This document shows, in pieces, positions 58,705-64,000 of a stretch of 64,000 nucleotides of DNA. This DNA is from Klebsormidium nitens (lineage: Eukaryota; Plantae; Klebsormidiophyceae), in NCBI GenBank assembly GCA_000708835.1, contig DF237071.1, positions 1-64,000 of the forward strand, in the 5' to 3' direction. Within the stretch, counting starts at the first letter, position 1. The number at the start of each line of letters is the position of its first letter. The position numbers and the translations under genes were made by a program. The notes beneath the pieces were generated by a model. It saw only the letters and a list, made by a program, of their open reading frames with translations, was not told where the DNA came from and searched no databases.

Positions 58705-61356
58705 ATGGCTGCCCCACGCTTGAACAGAGCTCTCCTTCTTGTCGCGCTTTCGGCGGCCTACTTCGTTGCAACCTTACCATACCCAGCTGCTGCCGAGCGA
58801 AATGCTGCTGCCCCAAATGCAAACGAAGTTCTTCCAACTCCGGTCAACGTGGAAGAGGCGTGCACAAAAGAGGTATTCCACAGCTTGACACACCACTATC
58901 GCAGCTGCAGCCGGAGTTTCTTTCATGTTGAAGACCCAGGTGACGTGTGCCAATCTGAGAAGCTTTGAGTCACGTCCTACACGCCTCGGTCTCAGCAATG
59001 TTCGAGGTTCAGAGTTCATTACACCCAAATCATGAGGTGATAAGCTGTTCTCATCAGCTAGGCAGTAGTTCTTTGCAGTCAAACATGTATGCTAGTCGAC
59101 TTGAAGGAAAGGGTTCCAAGTTCGAATGAAATGGCTTGCCTTTTGGTGCGCAAAGCAATCACACGTGTGCTACTTGTTAATCTGCTGTTTTGTAATCATG
59201 AAAGGGACTCAGATCTTGCAGCTCCGAGCTGAAGTTCAGTAGATGGCATTCGACTGAGGCTATTAAATAGGAGAACTGATTTCGGCAGCTGGCCGCATGT
59301 TACCTTCAGCGCAGCTAAGTGAACTCGTTCTTCTCCATGTGGCATGCTAGCCACCGTGCCACCAAAGGAAGGGACATCAGATGTGGATCTCTTTGAGAGT
59401 GCTGAGCTTGAGCAACCTTCACAACGTCCTGGGGATTAATATTGTAGCACATAAACAGGTCTGTGTCTGTTGACTGCTCTTTCAAAGCAGCGCCTGGTTG
59501 TTCCGTTGCCTCAAGGTGAGCTGTACCATATTGCAGTGACCAGAGACTTCTTCTCTCTACATATACTAGTACTGGGCTTCTGAGCTGACGTTCTCGTCAT
59601 CCCTTATTCTTCAGATGAAGACTGCTGCGAGGGACTGGCCCACTTCTACGGCCCCCAGTCGCCGATGCCCTCCCGCAACTGCTTCTGTGACGCGACGTAT
59701 GCCGCCTGGTTCACCAAGATGTAGGTGTTTGAAAACCGTTCCTACTACCTGATGGCGACAGCGTTCAAGGTTTGCAAGTAAGTAGACGCTGCCAAGAGCA
59801 TGCTGCAAAGCAACGAGGCATCTTTTGATCAGACTGCTTTCTACCAATGAAATGTACTAAATTAAAGTATGGGGACTGCCACGGTTTCAATCTACAGATA
59901 GAGCCAAATGTCGAACTTAGGAAAGCAACACTTCCATACTCATAAAGTCTTAGGTAGCAAAGAGGTCTCCCAGAAGAAAGAAGAGAGCAGCCCTGCAATT
60001 TGCGTTGACCTTGAATCTGTTGAATCTGTATGCTTGTATGAGATTATCAATCAGTGGCGTCTCCTTGCGCTTAAAGAACCGCACTAAAGATTATGTTAGT
60101 ACTAAAGTTATATCCTCTGTTCGGCGAGCTGCATCGACCCAAGTAAACTGTTATTTCGGACTCCCTCAGTAAGTTGTTAGCTTCTTCTCTACGCTTCTGC
60201 ATCAGAGGCTTCTAGGGTTCGCAGGAACGCTTGAAGCCAAGTAAGAGTCCATCGAGGTGCCCTTCTAAACCGTATGGTCGTGCTATCTCCCAGCATCTAG
60301 TTAATGCCGATCTTCAAGCTCTAATCAGGGACATGAGTCTGCTTTCCACGAGAAGCTTTTGCACTCAACTACGATTGGTCAAAAGGGAGCTGTCGAAACA
60401 CTGACATGAACCACGTCCCCTTTGTTAGACATCATCCAACGGATCACAAAGCGGAACTGGTTGATGCTGACTTCATCCTGTGTTTTCAGGAACTTTAACA
60501 TCACCGTTGGTTACTTTGACGACGGGGAGGGCCCTTGCGCGGGGAAAGAGTACTCCGCAGAAGACGTTGAAGGGACGTGCATCAATTGTTACAAAGACGG
60601 GCCACATGCTTCCCTTGCAGACTGGCTATCCCGCTTGGATCAGGACTGGGGGATTGCGATGTCGTTTGCCATCTTCTGGGTTTCCTGTAAGCGGTTTTGG
60701 CCCCGAATTATCTGCCCTTATTTCTTGCCATGTACCTACGCTTCATCTTACTGCTTAGACTGCGAGAAAATTCACAGAACTCAATAGCGCGAGAATGTTG
60801 CAGGGGCTGTCGGCTCTCTCAAAATCAAGATTGGTCTTAAGTGGTTCCTGTACATGGTTCATGTTTTTCAATCGACTTTTGGAAGACTTCCGTGAACGGC
60901 GAAGTTCTTTGAGGCTGAGTGCTGGGAACTTTCGTTATCTTACTCGATAAAAGGTAATAGGCCGGCGGCAGATAACCAGCAAGGTTGGTGGCGGTGTAGT
61001 GAGAAGTAAACTTCCACATGCGTGGACCCCTGCGAGATCTTACCCCTTTTCTATGATTCGTGACCTACTAGAACTACATGAGCTGTTTCTAACGGGTTTA
61101 TGTTCCTCAAGAACCAGCTCTTCTCGTCTAAAATCCTAGCGTTCGTGAACCTACTAGTGTAAGTTAGTGTGTCTGCTGCTAAGTACATCTAGACTGGGTC
61201 TACTGAAAGTAGAACGAGGCAGTAGTCGGAAAGAGCTGCACTAACTCCGTTCCTGACGTTTGCTGTGCAGTGTTCGGCTGCATCATCCTAGTGGGCTCCT
61301 TGACCCTGGACCTCGCGAAAGACGCCCAGAGGGTGGTGGCGAAAAAGATGAGCTGA
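58705..61356 (+). CDS. Predicted secreted/type-I membrane Cys-rich protein (~226 codons) with in-frame TAG in exon 2; possible pseudogene or alternatively spliced
   Basis: Exons 58705-58939, 59615-59777, 60490-60686 and 61271-61356 are phase-compatible with canonical splice and branch signals. There is an N-terminal signal peptide (MAAPRLNRALLLVALSAAYFVATLPYPAAA), a C...C...CC...CxC pattern, and a C-terminal hydrophobic segment (WGIAMSFAIFWVSLFGCIILVGSLTL). TAG lies at 59722-59724. Confidence 0.7.
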
Positions 61357-62581
61357 ATCATCATCATTAACTAGCGAGGTACTTGAGTCACGAAGAGCAT
61401 TGGGCCAAAACCAAGAAGGATATGTCAATCTTGGTCCAGCTCTTGACCGTTTAGCGCCTGTCGAAGAACGCGGCCGTATGCATGTCCCGCATGCTTGTTG
61501 ACACTAGGACGGACGCATCAGTGTCCAACTCTATCGTAGGACATTGTGAGCTGCCAGAAGCTGTCTCGATTGTACAGCAATTGAATTGAATGTACTCTGG
61601 CCGATCCGATCCATGATAGTTCCGGCCTGCCGGCCTAAGGAATGGGCACGTACTCGAGGAGGTTTGTACGCCCAGAATTACCTCGCAAAAGCTTTCTGAC
61701 ACATGCCCGTGTATCACACCGGCGCTCGCATGGAATGGCCCTAAATCGTATGACGCCTAGCTAGCAATGAAGGCGTCAGGTGCGCCAGTGGTCGGCCGGC
61801 GCGGGGGCGCGCAGTTTACTGTATATACACCGTACTAGCTATAAGCTACATATATGCAATGCTTTATGATGAGGATATATCGGATGATGCATCGCCTCAA
61901 TAAGATCGAACTCAAGGGCGACTGGCATGGCTAGCTAGCTAATGATCCGAGCAACACTCAGTGATTGAGCCGGGCGGGCGCTTCATGCAAGCTATAGTAA
62001 TGCCACCGGCTGAATTGCACATGCCACACATGATCGAATAATGGTGAAGCATCGCTCCGACAGAAGAAGTTCTTCAAAGGCCTCTGTCCTACTTTTGTTG
62101 AAGACTTGACTTCAGGATTGAACCAATGGTCAGACGCGACCGAAAATGTTAAACACAAGATTTCAAGCCTGGTATAGAAGGATCAACGGGCAGCGCACAA
62201 GCGCAGTTCCCACGCAGCTGGTTCTTGAGTTGGATCTGCTGGCATGGTTGAGTCGGTTTCTCGCCAATTCATGCAGGCACCTTGCCGTTGACCATACACG
62301 ATAACATGATTGGGAATCCATGCACGATCTTCCACTGCCACACTACATCTCGAATCGAATCAAGCTACAAGCGATGCCACGCATGCAGAGTGCAGAACCT
62401 GGCCAGCAGGATGTGTACGCAAGCCGAAGTACTCACATATACATCCGTGTCAAAGCAGCACGTGCGCCAAAAGCACCTTTGCACACGATCAGGCATGTAT
62501 CAATCACGCGGGAGGAGGAATCGGGACTGAATGGCTTGCTTTCAGCATTCGATAAAAAAACGTGATGGTGGCATGGGGCCT

Positions 62582-63905
<1,324 letters not shown>

Positions 63906-64000
63906 TCAATCGTACTGTGGACCTTACTGTCAGGCGCGGTGCTCATTGCTTGCGACAAATGGTTGTCTTGACGGGAGTGTAAAAGATAGAAAGCAAACAC

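Noticed and set aside
60837-61717. Antisense ORFs at 60837-61019 and 61451-61717
   Set aside because: No consistent splice model or family similarity was found, and the first lies in an intron of the + strand gene.

Overview
Eukaryotic nuclear DNA from a green-plant lineage. The compact GTGAG...CTGAC...TGCAG introns, GC-rich codons and plant-type proteins suggest a streptophyte alga such as Klebsormidium (inference). I reconstructed five spliced genes by hand: an AVT1-like amino-acid transporter (-, 19483-39543, 6 exons, very long introns); DEAD-box helicase RH5/DBP3 (+, 40129-46265), head-to-head with the transporter; a ferric-chelate reductase of the FRO family (-, 47641-56905, ~17 exons); a Cys-rich type-I membrane protein with an in-frame TAG (+, 58705-61356); and the 3' part of RPL7A (-, 62582-63803). 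The left 16 kb is a diverged segmental duplicate of the transporter's intron 2/exon 3/intron 3, with the intron-3 part amplified about three times. The duplicated exon 3 is intact and differs almost only at synonymous sites. The most unusual structure is a hierarchical non-coding array of about 35-50 diverged ~95-120 bp modules in five clusters. Each module has a terminal inverted repeat G(C/T)GGC...GCC(G/A)C, an inner hairpin with compensatory changes, box C/D-like words on the - strand and variable spacer-like segments. A second recurring oddity is decayed 'echo' copies of exon edges in neighbouring introns of three genes. There is also a 374-bp hAT-type MITE with an 8-bp TSD and an empty paralogous site, and a 20-N assembly gap. 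Almost all entries in the six-frame ORF track are spurious or are exon fragments.
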